From the NCBI GenBank assembly GCA_965214095.1, contig OZ243938.1, forward strand, positions 3,232,001 to 3,296,000: 64,000 nt of DNA, read 5' to 3'. The notes beneath the pieces were generated by a model, which searched no databases, had not been told where the DNA came from, and saw only the letters and a list, made by a program, of their open reading frames with translations. The stretch comes from Candidatus Poribacteria bacterium. GTDB lineage: Bacteria; Poribacteria; WGA-4E; WGA-3G. Shown in pieces: positions 20,667-31,553 of the stretch. Numbering within the stretch: position 1 is the first letter of the stretch; the number at the start of each line of letters is the position of its first letter. Made by a program: the position numbers and the translations under genes.

Positions 20667-23600
20667 ATGCAAAAAAACGACGTAGAACTCATTCATCAAA
20701 TACTTGATGGTGATGATACTGCTTTCACCGAACTTGTGACAAAATATCAGAAGTCTGTTCATGCACTGGTATGGAAAAAAATTGGTGATTTCCACATCGC
20801 TGAAGAGATAACACAAGATACATTTCTGAAAGCGTATCAGAAATTAAGCTCACTCAAGAGTCCGCAACGTTTCGCCAGTTGGCTCTATGTGATTGCCTCA
20901 CGACGTTGTCTTGCATGGCAACGAAGAAAACGTATATTGACAAAGTCTTTGGAAGAAACAAACAGCGCACAGATTGAAAAAGCAACATATTCACAATATG
21001 TTGTTAATGAAAATATGCGCATAACTGCAGAAACACAACGCGATGTCGTTAAGAAGTTGCTTGCCAAATTACCTGAAAGTGAACGCACGATAATCACATT
21101 ACATTACTTCAGTGAGATGTCCAGTTCAGAAATTGGGGCATTTTTAGGTGTATCGGCAAACACGATTCGGAGTCGTCTACGTCGGGCACAGCAACGTCTA
21201 CAGAAGGAGGAAACAATGATTAGAGAAGCACTCGACCATTTCAAACTCTCACCGAACTTCACCGAAAATATCATGCAAGAAATATCACGTCTCAAACCTA
21301 CACCTTCCGCCAGCAAACCCTTAGTGCCGTGGACAGTTGCTGCTGCAAGTGCGGTCTTAATAGTGTTGATGCTTGGTATAGGCAGTCAGAACTTAGTCCG
21401 TTTTCAGCAACCTTACACATTAGATGCGCAAGCTGAAACGACAGTGGAACTTGTTGACACCCCTATTGTGCTAAATCTTGATACGAAACCAGATGTCCGA
21501 AATCAATTGGGGAACTCAAATGCGTTGGGTATAAGTGAGAACGACGGTCAGAAACCAAATGAAGTTTTGTTAGCTGCCGCAGAAACTGAAGATGAGGACA
21601 AGGTATCTACTTCTAAACAGCAGTGGATTCAATCTGAACCTATCATTGGAAGTGCTGTGGAAAATTTATTTGCTAGTGATAAAGGAGAACTCTACACTGT
21701 TCTTGATGCACACATATACAAATGGCAAGACAATAATACAGGATGGCAACAGTTGAGTGGTGACATCAGAGATTATCATGATAGACTGAATGAAACTACA
21801 ATTATAACGGATGTCCCTATAGCAAAGTGGGACAATATCCTTTACATTGCTTTAGAAAATTTACTATTGGCGTCAAGAGATGATGGCAAGACATGGAAAA
21901 CAGTTCATGAATGGCAACCTGATTATAGACACCCACGTGAATTGGTCCTGACTGAACAAGCGTTTTGGGTGAGTCATAACAGGGGTGTTTTCCGTTCTGA
22001 GGACAAAGGAAATACATGGCAAGAGGTAGACGTTGAGTTAATTCAGGGTCCCATTTTCTTAATAGCTATACAAAACACAGTATTTGCTGGATCATACACT
22101 GGGTTGTATCGTTGGAACACCAGCAGCTGGGAACGGGTAGAATTACCGGTAGCTGAGGCATTATTAGTCTACAAAGCCGCTGCCGCTAAAGAGCGTTTGT
22201 ATGTATTAGCATTTTTAGGTTATGATTTCTATGACGATAAAGCAATCCGAGAGGGACGACAACGGACATGGTGGATATTCCGATCAGATGATTTAGGAAA
22301 CTCGTGGAAAGATATTACACCGACAAATGCTTGGCCCCTAAAAGCCGAGGCTCCAGAGATCCAACTTGTTGCTGCTGGCGAAACAATTATGTTGATGGGA
22401 AAGGGTATTGTGCGTTCTATTGATGGAGGAGATACGTGGTTACCCTTTCAAAGACCTAACACTCTCCCTACAAATATAAAGTATTACTGGCCTTCTGTGG
22501 CATTAAATGAACATGTATTTTACGCTATAGGGAGAGGTCTGCACCGTACCACTGATGGTGGCAAAACATGGAGTAAGGTAAATATCACTCCGAATAGGAG
22601 ATGGCATGGAATACAGAACTTACTCGTGCATAAGCCGAAAGAAAGAATAGAAAACAGCCAGCCGACTCTTTATGGGACAGCAGGAATTGGCATAGTAAAA
22701 ACTACTGACGAAGGTAAGTCTTGGAAGCAGATTCAGGTAGAAATACCTTTGGACACTTCTGTAAGAGAAGACCAACCATCCATTATTCAGATGGTCAAAT
22801 CCGATGGTGTTCTCTATGCAAAAGGTAGCAGTGATTACCCAATCGGGGAATTGCGTTTCTATCGCGTCTCTGAAGATGATAACACATTAGTTTCTATTCA
22901 AGGCATACCGACATTCGACTCAAGAGAATTAAAGGAGTATTTACGCCAGTCTCAAAATCCCTCTTTAGAAGAGCTTCAAAAAAGGTTTTCGGGAGCAACC
23001 CAATTCTTTAAATGGTTGCTCCAAAGTACTCCGCATCAACAGGATATGCTCATCCGAGATGGATTTCGAGGGCAGTTTACAGTCAGTTCTAACACGTACT
23101 ATTCGGAATACAATTATAAACTTTTCCGATGGGAACCTGGAGATACAGAATGGAAGGACATCGGACAAGAAGAGACTTCTTCCAAGACATGGGGACATCT
23201 CAAATTGGCTGTTTCAGGAGACACAGTCTATGTCGGAAAACGGGATGGTCATCTTCATGTATCGTATGATAAGGGAGACAATTGGATTGACCTCACCCCA
23301 GCACTCCCATTTCCTGTTAGATTCTTCAAAAAGATTATGACTGCTGGATCTACTGTTTATGTAGCAACGGACGCAGGTATCCTTACATCAGATGATGGGA
23401 GAAATTGGCGAGTCGTAGCGGATACAGAAGGAAGAAACCTCATCATGGAAGAATTAGCAGTTGACGGCACAACTCTCTATGGAATTACTCAAGATACAGG
23501 AATCTATCGTTTAAAGAGTGATAGTGATACTTGGAAACAGATTATAGCAGAGATACCGGAAAGTGCAAAAGTCAATTTAACGTCAAATGGAACTTCTCTT

Positions 23601-23672
23601 GCTGTTGATGGAAGGACTTTATATCTTGGTACACAATTTGAAGGTATGCTTCGTTTTACGCTTGAAGAATAA
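20667..23672 (+). CDS. ECF sigma factor - TM - Asp-box/BNR beta-propeller fusion
   Basis: sigma4 GVSANTIRSRLRRAQ; RBS GGAGG; Asp-boxes. Confidence 0.92.
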   Translation: MQKNDVELIHQILDGDDTAFTELVTKYQKSVHALVWKKIGDFHIAEEITQDTFLKAYQKLSSLKSPQRFASWLYVIASRRCLAWQRRKRILTKSLEETNSAQIEKATYSQYVVNENMRITAETQRDVVKKLLAKLPESERTIITLHYFSEMSSSEIGAFLGVSANTIRSRLRRAQQRLQKEETMIREALDHFKLSPNFTENIMQEISRLKPTPSASKPLVPWTVAAASAVLIVLMLGIGSQNLVRFQQPYTLDAQAETTVELVDTPIVLNLDTKPDVRNQLGNSNALGISENDGQKPNEVLLAAAETEDEDKVSTSKQQWIQSEPIIGSAVENLFASDKGELYTVLDAHIYKWQDNNTGWQQLSGDIRDYHDRLNETTIITDVPIAKWDNILYIALENLLLASRDDGKTWKTVHEWQPDYRHPRELVLTEQAFWVSHNRGVFRSEDKGNTWQEVDVELIQGPIFLIAIQNTVFAGSYTGLYRWNTSSWERVELPVAEALLVYKAAAAKERLYVLAFLGYDFYDDKAIREGRQRTWWIFRSDDLGNSWKDITPTNAWPLKAEAPEIQLVAAGETIMLMGKGIVRSIDGGDTWLPFQRPNTLPTNIKYYWPSVALNEHVFYAIGRGLHRTTDGGKTWSKVNITPNRRWHGIQNLLVHKPKERIENSQPTLYGTAGIGIVKTTDEGKSWKQIQVEIPLDTSVREDQPSIIQMVKSDGVLYAKGSSDYPIGELRFYRVSEDDNTLVSIQGIPTFDSRELKEYLRQSQNPSLEELQKRFSGATQFFKWLLQSTPHQQDMLIRDGFRGQFTVSSNTYYSEYNYKLFRWEPGDTEWKDIGQEETSSKTWGHLKLAVSGDTVYVGKRDGHLHVSYDKGDNWIDLTPALPFPVRFFKKIMTAGSTVYVATDAGILTSDDGRNWRVVADTEGRNLIMEELAVDGTTLYGITQDTGIYRLKSDSDTWKQIIAEIPESAKVNLTSNGTSLAVDGRTLYLGTQFEGMLRFTLEE

Positions 23673-23735
23673 TCCAACTACCGTAGTGGCACCGAATGGA
23701 TCTCATCGTTCCTCTTTCCTCTTTTTTGAAAAAAC

Positions 23736-23764
23736 TTGAGACTATTTCACCTCATACCGAGTCA
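23736..23764 (+). promoter_or_regulatory. ECF-type promoter (TTGAGAC class)
   Basis: TTGAGAC-N17-AGTCA. Confidence 0.65.
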
Positions 23765-23812
23765 TTAATATAGTGATGTCAATTGATGAATTTCCCTTAC
23801 CAGAGGTCTTCG

Positions 23813-26800
23813 ATGAAAAATGCTGATGTCGAACTCATCCAACGTGTCCTTGATGGCGATGATACTGCGTTCTCAGAACTAGTTAACAAATATCGCAAGT
23901 CTGTACACGCGCTTGCATGGCGGAAGGTTCAAGACTTCCATATCGCTGAAGATATCACACAGGAAACATTCCTAAAGGCATACAAAGGAATACCAACGTT
24001 GAAGGAACCGCAATCTTTTGCAGGTTGGCTATATGTTATTGCAACAAATCACTGTAATACTTACCTTGGTAAGAAACGTTTGCCGACTCAGTCTTTGGAA
24101 GATACCGATAATGAAGAGTTGGAAAAAGCAACCTATTCCAGCTATGTCAGTGCGGAAAACGAGCGGGTATCAGTAGAAACGCAGCGTGAAGTCGTCAAGA
24201 AGTTGCTTGCTAAGTTGCAGGAGAGTGACCGAACGGTCATCACACTCTATTACCTCGGGGGAATGACGTATGAAGAGATAAGCAAGTTTTTAGGTGTATC
24301 GGTAAGTGCAATCAAGAATCGACTCTACCGAGCGCGCCAGTTTCTAAAGAAGGAGGAACCTATGATAAGAGAAGCTTTAGAGAATTACCAAATCACTCCA
24401 AATCTCACTGAAAACATCATGCAAGAAATATCTCGTCTCAGACCTACACCTTCCACCAGCAAACCCTTAGTGCCGTGGGCAGTTGCTGCTGCAAGTGCAA
24501 TCTTAATAGTGTTGATGCTTGGCATAGGTAGTCAGAACTTAGTTCGTTTTCAGCAACCTTATTCATTAGATGCACAAGCAGAGATGACGGTGGAACTCGT
24601 TGACACACCTATTGTGCTAAATATAGATACGAAACCAGATGTCCGAAATCAATTGGGCAATACAAATGCATTGGGTATAAGTGAGAGTGAAGGTCAGAAA
24701 CCAGATGAAGTCCTGTTGGCTGCCGCAGAAACCGATGAAGAAGACAAGGTATCCGTCCCTAAACAGCAGTGGATTCAGTCTGAACCTATCAAAGGAAGTG
24801 CTGTGAAAAATTTATTTTCTACCGATGCAGGAGAACTCTACACTGTTCTTGATGCACACATATACAAATGGCAAGACAATAAAACGGGATGGCAACAGTT
24901 GAGTGGTGACATCAGAGATTATCATGAAAAGTTGGATGAAACTATACTCATAACGAATGTTCCTATAGCAAAATGGGACAATACCCTTTATATTGCTTTG
25001 AGTAATTTATTTTTGGCTTCAAAAGATGATGGTAAAACATGGGATATAGTTCATTCATGGTCACCTGACAATTTTGGACCGCGTAACTTGGTGTTGACTG
25101 AACAAGCGTTTTGGGTGAGTCTTAACAGCGGTGTTTTCCGTTCTGAAGATAAAGGGAATACATGGCAGGAGGTAGATGTAGAATTATTTAGGGGTTCCAT
25201 CTTCTTTAAAGCCATACAAAACACAGTATTTGCTGGATCATACACAGGGTTGTATCGTTGGAACACCGGCAGCTGGGAACGTGTAAAATTACCGGTAGCT
25301 GAGGCATTAATAGTCCACGAAGTCGCAACCACTAAAGATCGATTGTATGTAATGGCATCATTAGGTCATGAATTTTATGATGATAAAGCAGTCCGGGAGG
25401 GACGACAACGGACTTGGTGGATATTCCGCTCAGATGATTTGGGAGATTCGTGGAAAGATATTACACCGACAAATGCTTGGCCCCTAAAAGCCAAGTCACC
25501 TGATATCCTACTTGCTGCTGCGGGTGCAACCATTATGTTGATGGGAAGGGGTATTGTGCGTTCTATCGATGGAGGAGATACTTGGTTGCCCTTACAAACA
25601 CCACCCACGCTATCTACAGTCAGGTTTTCTAAGCCTTCTGTGGCATTAAATGAACGCGTGTTCTATGCCATAGGAAGGGGACTACACCGTACTACTGATG
25701 GAGGCAAATCATGGAGCAAGATAAATATCACGCCGAATAGGAGACGGAGTGGCATACGCAACTTACTCGTGGATAAGCAGAATGAAAAAACGCAAAACAG
25801 CCAGCCGACTCTTTATGGGACAGCAGGAATTGGCATAGTAAAAACTACTGATGAGGGTAAATCTTGGAAGCATATTCAGGTAGAAATACCTATTGATATT
25901 CCTGTAAGAGAGGACCAACCCTGGATAACGCAGATAGCCAGTTCTGACGGTGTTATCTATGCCAAAAGTAGTAGTCATTACCCATTCGGAGAATTGCGAT
26001 ATTATCGCGTATCTGAGGATGGGAACAAGTTAGTTCCTATTCAAGACATGCCTACATTCGACTCAAGAGAATTAAAAGAGTATTTACGCAAATCTCAAAA
26101 TCCCTCTTTAGAAGAGCTACAAAAGAGGTTTCTGGGAGCAACACTATTCTTTAAATCGTTGATCCAAACAGATCCAGTCCAGTTACCTCAACGAACAAAG
26201 GATGCACTGATCCAAGGAGGGAATAATGGAACGTTTGCTGTTAGTGGTAATACGTTCTATATGGAATACAACCTAAAACTATTCCGATGGGAACCTGGTG
26301 ATACAGAATGGCAAGACATCGGACAAGAAGATACTTATCCAAGGACAGCGGAATATCTCCAACTGGCAGTGTCTGGGGACACCGTCTATGTAGGAAGAAG
26401 GAATGGACATCTTGTCGTGTCGTTCAATAAAGGAAATAACTGGATTGATCTTACACCGGGACTGCCGTTTCAGGTAAAATCTTATAAAGATATAGTTGTT
26501 GACGGAACCACGGCATGTGTAGCAACTAACGCAGGCACCCTTATATCGGACGATGGGAAAAATTGGCGAGTCGTCACAGATGCAGATGGAACTCATCTCA
26601 TTATGGAAGAATTGGCTGTTGATGACACAACGTTTTATGGAATCACTAAAGACACAGGTATCTATCGTTTAAAGAGTGATAGTGACACTTGGGAACAGAT
26701 TATCACAGAAATACCTGAAAGTGCAAAAGTGAATATAGCCGATAACGGAGCTTCTCTGGCTGTTAAGGGCAGCACCTTATACTTAGGTACACGAAGAAAC

Positions 26801-26830
26801 GGCATGTTTCATTTTACTCTTGAAGAATAA
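23813..26830 (+). CDS. ECF sigma factor - TM - Asp-box/BNR beta-propeller fusion
   Basis: Start moved to ATG 23813 (AGAGG-N6-ATG, MKNADVELIQ as in paralogs); sigma4 GVSVSAIKNRLYRAR. Confidence 0.92.
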   Translation: MKNADVELIQRVLDGDDTAFSELVNKYRKSVHALAWRKVQDFHIAEDITQETFLKAYKGIPTLKEPQSFAGWLYVIATNHCNTYLGKKRLPTQSLEDTDNEELEKATYSSYVSAENERVSVETQREVVKKLLAKLQESDRTVITLYYLGGMTYEEISKFLGVSVSAIKNRLYRARQFLKKEEPMIREALENYQITPNLTENIMQEISRLRPTPSTSKPLVPWAVAAASAILIVLMLGIGSQNLVRFQQPYSLDAQAEMTVELVDTPIVLNIDTKPDVRNQLGNTNALGISESEGQKPDEVLLAAAETDEEDKVSVPKQQWIQSEPIKGSAVKNLFSTDAGELYTVLDAHIYKWQDNKTGWQQLSGDIRDYHEKLDETILITNVPIAKWDNTLYIALSNLFLASKDDGKTWDIVHSWSPDNFGPRNLVLTEQAFWVSLNSGVFRSEDKGNTWQEVDVELFRGSIFFKAIQNTVFAGSYTGLYRWNTGSWERVKLPVAEALIVHEVATTKDRLYVMASLGHEFYDDKAVREGRQRTWWIFRSDDLGDSWKDITPTNAWPLKAKSPDILLAAAGATIMLMGRGIVRSIDGGDTWLPLQTPPTLSTVRFSKPSVALNERVFYAIGRGLHRTTDGGKSWSKINITPNRRRSGIRNLLVDKQNEKTQNSQPTLYGTAGIGIVKTTDEGKSWKHIQVEIPIDIPVREDQPWITQIASSDGVIYAKSSSHYPFGELRYYRVSEDGNKLVPIQDMPTFDSRELKEYLRKSQNPSLEELQKRFLGATLFFKSLIQTDPVQLPQRTKDALIQGGNNGTFAVSGNTFYMEYNLKLFRWEPGDTEWQDIGQEDTYPRTAEYLQLAVSGDTVYVGRRNGHLVVSFNKGNNWIDLTPGLPFQVKSYKDIVVDGTTACVATNAGTLISDDGKNWRVVTDADGTHLIMEELAVDDTTFYGITKDTGIYRLKSDSDTWEQIITEIPESAKVNIADNGASLAVKGSTLYLGTRRNGMFHFTLEE

Positions 26831-26932
26831 TTTGACTTATATGGTAGCACCGAATGCAACCAATCTCTTCCTATATTCTTCAACACTCCAACCTAATGTT
26901 GTAATCTTTAACAACATAGTATTTGTATAAAT

Positions 26933-26960
26933 TTGAAAAAAGAGAGGATAATGGTATAAT
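26933..26960 (+). promoter_or_regulatory. sigma70-type promoter (extended -10)
   Basis: TTGAAA-N16-TATAAT with TG; same AAGAGAGGATAATGGTATAAT block at ~34096 and ~46999. Confidence 0.55.
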
Positions 26961-27115
26961 AACCTAAGTTGCTACTTAATCCGATAATCGCTTTATACCA
27001 TTTGGGACGATAAATAATCGTTCCAAATGGTATAACTACTACAATGTTTAAGTCCATAAGGATTTATAAGTAACTTCATGCATCCCAACCTGAGTGATTT
27101 TCTAGGAGGCACAAA

Positions 27116-28105
27116 ATGAAACGCACCTATATGTTGTTGGAAATGACACTCCTGTTCAGTTTGTTTCTGCTTACCGTAAATGCTTGGGGAGCTCAGTATA
27201 TTTCTTTCAGTTCTAACCGTACAGGGCAAAGCGATATCTACATCATTGATACAAACGGCAAGAATCTACGCAACCTAACAAACCATCCCGCAGAGGACAC
27301 TGGTGCTACGTGGGCACCGGATGGGCGTTCTTTTGCTTTTGCGTCGAACCGTGATGGAAATTATGAAATCTATATTAAGAAATTCAATGAAGCTCAGGCG
27401 CGTCGGTTGACACACCGTCCGGAAAACGATTTTGATCCTGTCTGGTCAGCTTTTTCTCCTGCCTGGTCACCTGATGGAGATTGGATTGCTTTTGTAGCCA
27501 AGAGAACAGGGGCATCTCATATCTACAAAATAGATATCAACGGTGAGAATCTACAGAGACTGACTAACCAAGGAGGTAGCCCAAACTGGTCTCCAGATGG
27601 AAAATCAATTGCTTTCGATGTTTTTGGGAGCGGTATCTATGTGATGGACGCAGATGGAAAAAATCCTAGACAGATTAAAATCCAGGTAAATATAATCGCT
27701 TTTATTTTCGATCCTGCTTGGTCGCCTGATGGAAAACAGATTGCTTGTGTTCTCGTTAATGAGGGGCAGGATATCTACATCATGGATACAGATGGACAAA
27801 ACGCCCGACGCATTTCACCTCTTGGGACTTGGAGCGTCAGGCCTGCGTGGTCTCCTGATGGTAAGTGGATTGCCTACCAGGCCGACGATGCAGAAAATGC
27901 GAATCCTCAGGGAAACCCGAATGCGGAGCGACACATTTTTATCGTTTCTGTTGAGGGGGATGAGCCACGGCAAATCACACAAGATCCTGTGCGAAATTCT
28001 TCTCCCGCCTGGATCCCCGGAAGTTTTTTCTCCGTTTCTCCGACTGTGAACACCCAGACAACCCTCTGGGGTCGGTTGAAACAAGCTGAACGTATGACGC
28101 AATAA
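27116..28105 (+). CDS. Secreted TolB-like (PD40 repeat) beta-propeller protein with C-terminal TLWGRLK motif
   Basis: Signal peptide, repeated PAWSPDGxxIAF motifs, RBS AGGAGG. Confidence 0.88.
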   Translation: MKRTYMLLEMTLLFSLFLLTVNAWGAQYISFSSNRTGQSDIYIIDTNGKNLRNLTNHPAEDTGATWAPDGRSFAFASNRDGNYEIYIKKFNEAQARRLTHRPENDFDPVWSAFSPAWSPDGDWIAFVAKRTGASHIYKIDINGENLQRLTNQGGSPNWSPDGKSIAFDVFGSGIYVMDADGKNPRQIKIQVNIIAFIFDPAWSPDGKQIACVLVNEGQDIYIMDTDGQNARRISPLGTWSVRPAWSPDGKWIAYQADDAENANPQGNPNAERHIFIVSVEGDEPRQITQDPVRNSSPAWIPGSFFSVSPTVNTQTTLWGRLKQAERMTQ

Positions 28106-28226
28106 AGATAATCACGGTTCACCATGAGGAGTATACCTAACAATGAGCAAAACCGGTTCATTCAGAAAATGGAACATCACTGTTCTTAGTATAAGTCTTC
28201 TGCTCTTTCCTCTTTTTTGAAAAAAC

Positions 28227-28255
28227 TTGAGACTATTTCGCCTCATACCGAGTCA
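28227..28255 (+). promoter_or_regulatory. ECF-type promoter (TTGAGAC class)
   Basis: TTGAGAC-N17-AGTCA. Confidence 0.65.
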
Positions 28256-28301
28256 CTATATGCTGATGTGAAATGATGAACTCCCTTTCCAGAGGTTTTC
28301 A

Positions 28302-31300
28302 ATGAAAAATGCTGATGTTGAACTCATCCAACGTGTCCTTGATGGTGATGATACTGCGTTTACCGAACTGGTTAAGAAATACCAGAAATCTGTTCACGCG
28401 CTTGCATGGCGGAAGGTTCAAGACTTCCACATTGCAGAGGATATCACACAAGAAACATTCCTAAAGGTATATCGGAATCTGTCAACACTGAAGGAACCGC
28501 AATCTTTTGCAAGTTGGTTGTATGTCATAGCAACAAACCACTGCAAGACGTGGCTTAGTAAGAAGCAAGTGTGGACACAATCGTTGGATAACTTCAATAG
28601 CGCAGAATTGGAAAAAGCAACCTATTCCAACTATGTCAGTGCGGAAAACGAACGGGTATCAGTAGAAGCACAGCGAGAAGTCGTCAAGAAGTTGCTTGCA
28701 AAACTACAGGAGAGTGATCGCACGGTCATCACACTCTACTACCTCGGGGGAATGACGTATGAAGAAATCAGCAGATTCTTAGGTGTATCGGTCAGTGCGA
28801 TCAAGAATCGACTCTACCGAGCGCGCCAGTTTCTAAAGAAGGAGGAACCTATGATAAGAGAAGCTTTAGAGAATTACCAAATCACTCCAAATCTCACTGA
28901 AAACATCATGCAAGAAATATCTCGTCTCAGACCTACGCCTACTGCCAGCAAACCGCTTGTACCGTGGGCAGTTGCTGCTGCAAGTGCTATTTTAATAGTG
29001 TTGATGCTTGGATTAAGCAGCCAACAATTACTCCGTTTTCAGAAACCTTTTTCATTAGACGCACAAGCAGAGATGACCGTTGAACTTGTTGACACACCAA
29101 TTGTGCTAAATATAGACACGGTCCCAGATGTGAGAAATTTACTGGGTAATACAAATGCGTTGGGTATAAGTGAAAATGAAGGTCAGAAACCAGATGAAGT
29201 CCTGTTGGCTGCTGCAGAAACCGAAGATGAGGACAAGGTATCCACTCTCAAACAGCAGTGGATTCAGTCTGAACCCATTAAAGGTAGTCCTGTTGATAGT
29301 CTAAGAGTTACCACTGAAGGAGATCTGTATGTTCTCCTACGTAGTCTAGGAAACCCTAAGATCCTGAAGTTAACTTCGGATGGAAACACTTGGCAATCTT
29401 TTGAAGGTAATCCACCAGAAACTGCCTGGAGCTTTAACGGACCTATACTAAAGTGGAATGACACGTTTTACACTATACTGTATAATGAACTCCTTGCAAC
29501 AAAAGATGAAGGTAAAACATGGGATTTACTATATTCGTGGCAAGATGCAAATGGTGCGACCGAATTTGTACAGATAGAACAAGCACTTTACATCGCATTT
29601 AGAAATGGAATCTTTAAATCAGAAGATTCTGGCAAGACATGGAAATCAATACACGATGAGAAAATAAAGCATATTGAATCATTGTTCAAAATCCAAGACA
29701 CACTATTTGTCCGAACTTACAGAGAACTCTATCGTTTGGAAGATGATAAATGGAAACGCATTGAATTTCCTGCCCCAGTCAGGCGGATCATTTCAATTGC
29801 CGGTTCTGAAGATAAACTTTATGTTGTGATATTTTTCAATTGGGAAGAAGCAAATGTAGACAGAGAAAAAATGGAACAGGGACTGGTGCGTGGATGGTGG
29901 ATATACCGTTCAACTGACCTTGGCAATTCATGGACAGATATAACACCGACAAACGCTTGGAACATAAATGGATGGCCCCCCAATCCAAAGATGATTGCAA
30001 CTGGTGATACACTTCTCGTAATGGAACGAGGTATGGTACGTTCCACCGATGGTGGGGATACATGGATGCCGCCACAACAACCAGACACATCACCGTTAAT
30101 GAGCAGTGAAAACCATGCTGTTGCGTTAGATGAAAACACCTTTTATATCAGTAACAGAGACGGACTCCATCGTTCCATTGATGGCGGTAAATCTTGGGAA
30201 ATGGTAAAAATTCCTCAGGATAAGACGAGGAGAGTAGTTTGGAACCTAATCAAAGATATTGGGACTAGAAAAAGGCAGAACGAGCAGCATACTCTATACG
30301 GAATAGTTTCAGTTGGCAAAATAGCAAAAACTACGGATAATGGTAAGTCTTGGAATGACGTTCAAGTTGATTTTCCAATGTCAAAACAACTGACTGAACC
30401 CTTACCAACATTTATACAGATTAATCAATCTGAAAATGGAGTCTATGCAAAGGGTGGTTCAATTGGTGGAGGAAAAATAAGACACTACAAAGTATCAAAA
30501 AATGGATACACATTAGAACCTATACAAGACTTGCCTACCTTCGATTCGTTTGAATTAAGAATGCATTTGTATCAAACACAAGATCTTTCTATTGAAGTGT
30601 TAAAAGAAGATTTTACTGGGGCGACTCAATTCTTCAAACAGATGCTCCAGTTAACCCCACAAGAAAGGGGTAAACTTGAAGGACTTGGATTACTTGGACC
30701 GTTTGCTGTCAGTGGTGACACATTCTATTCGGAATATAACTTTAAACTCTTGAGATGGGAACCCGGCTATACTGAATGGTACGACACTGGACAAGAGGAA
30801 ACCGCAGAAGTATCTCTGAAGACGGGCATTTATAGAGCCAACGCTATCATTCCTGAACTTGCTGCTTTAGGTGACACTGTCTATTACGGAAAACGGGATG
30901 GACATCTCGTTGTATCGTTTGATAGAGGTAATAATTGGGTAGATATCACTCCGGGTTTGCCGTTTAAAGTTAGAACTTTCTATGATATAGTATTTGCTGG
31001 ATCTACAGTGTATGTGGCAACAGACGCAGGTATCATTACATCAGATGATGGGAGGACTTGGCAGGTCGTCAATGATTCGGATGGAACAAATCTTATCATG
31101 GAGCACTTGGCTACCGATGGAACAACACTCTACGGAATTACCAAAATGACACGTGTATTTCAAAAAAATGCTGTATTTCGTTTGGAAAACGGCACTTGGA
31201 ATCAAATTGTTACCAGTATACCTGCTACATTTGAAATGACTGATATCATAACATCTCTCGCTGTTGATGGTAATACACTATATATAAGTACTGGAAAAAA

Positions 31301-31331
31301 CGGAATGCTTTACTATAGCCTTGAAGAGTAA
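28302..31331 (+). CDS. ECF sigma factor - TM - Asp-box/BNR beta-propeller fusion
   Basis: Same architecture; sigma domain near-identical to 34231 gene. Confidence 0.92.
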   Translation: MKNADVELIQRVLDGDDTAFTELVKKYQKSVHALAWRKVQDFHIAEDITQETFLKVYRNLSTLKEPQSFASWLYVIATNHCKTWLSKKQVWTQSLDNFNSAELEKATYSNYVSAENERVSVEAQREVVKKLLAKLQESDRTVITLYYLGGMTYEEISRFLGVSVSAIKNRLYRARQFLKKEEPMIREALENYQITPNLTENIMQEISRLRPTPTASKPLVPWAVAAASAILIVLMLGLSSQQLLRFQKPFSLDAQAEMTVELVDTPIVLNIDTVPDVRNLLGNTNALGISENEGQKPDEVLLAAAETEDEDKVSTLKQQWIQSEPIKGSPVDSLRVTTEGDLYVLLRSLGNPKILKLTSDGNTWQSFEGNPPETAWSFNGPILKWNDTFYTILYNELLATKDEGKTWDLLYSWQDANGATEFVQIEQALYIAFRNGIFKSEDSGKTWKSIHDEKIKHIESLFKIQDTLFVRTYRELYRLEDDKWKRIEFPAPVRRIISIAGSEDKLYVVIFFNWEEANVDREKMEQGLVRGWWIYRSTDLGNSWTDITPTNAWNINGWPPNPKMIATGDTLLVMERGMVRSTDGGDTWMPPQQPDTSPLMSSENHAVALDENTFYISNRDGLHRSIDGGKSWEMVKIPQDKTRRVVWNLIKDIGTRKRQNEQHTLYGIVSVGKIAKTTDNGKSWNDVQVDFPMSKQLTEPLPTFIQINQSENGVYAKGGSIGGGKIRHYKVSKNGYTLEPIQDLPTFDSFELRMHLYQTQDLSIEVLKEDFTGATQFFKQMLQLTPQERGKLEGLGLLGPFAVSGDTFYSEYNFKLLRWEPGYTEWYDTGQEETAEVSLKTGIYRANAIIPELAALGDTVYYGKRDGHLVVSFDRGNNWVDITPGLPFKVRTFYDIVFAGSTVYVATDAGIITSDDGRTWQVVNDSDGTNLIMEHLATDGTTLYGITKMTRVFQKNAVFRLENGTWNQIVTSIPATFEMTDIITSLAVDGNTLYISTGKNGMLYYSLEE

Positions 31332-31553
31332 GGTCAATTAACAGAATCTGACCAACTGCCAGTAATTCCAAGGTTTTACATATATGTGAAGGCTGATTTG
31401 CAAATATCAAACGGCTTAGAGAATACAACGCAGATAGAACCATTGATGAAGTCATAAACATGTATCATAAACTCTAATGTTTACTATAAATAACCCTAGA
31501 CAAATTCAGAAACCCAAACACAAAAATCATCAATGATGAACCGAGGACAACCC

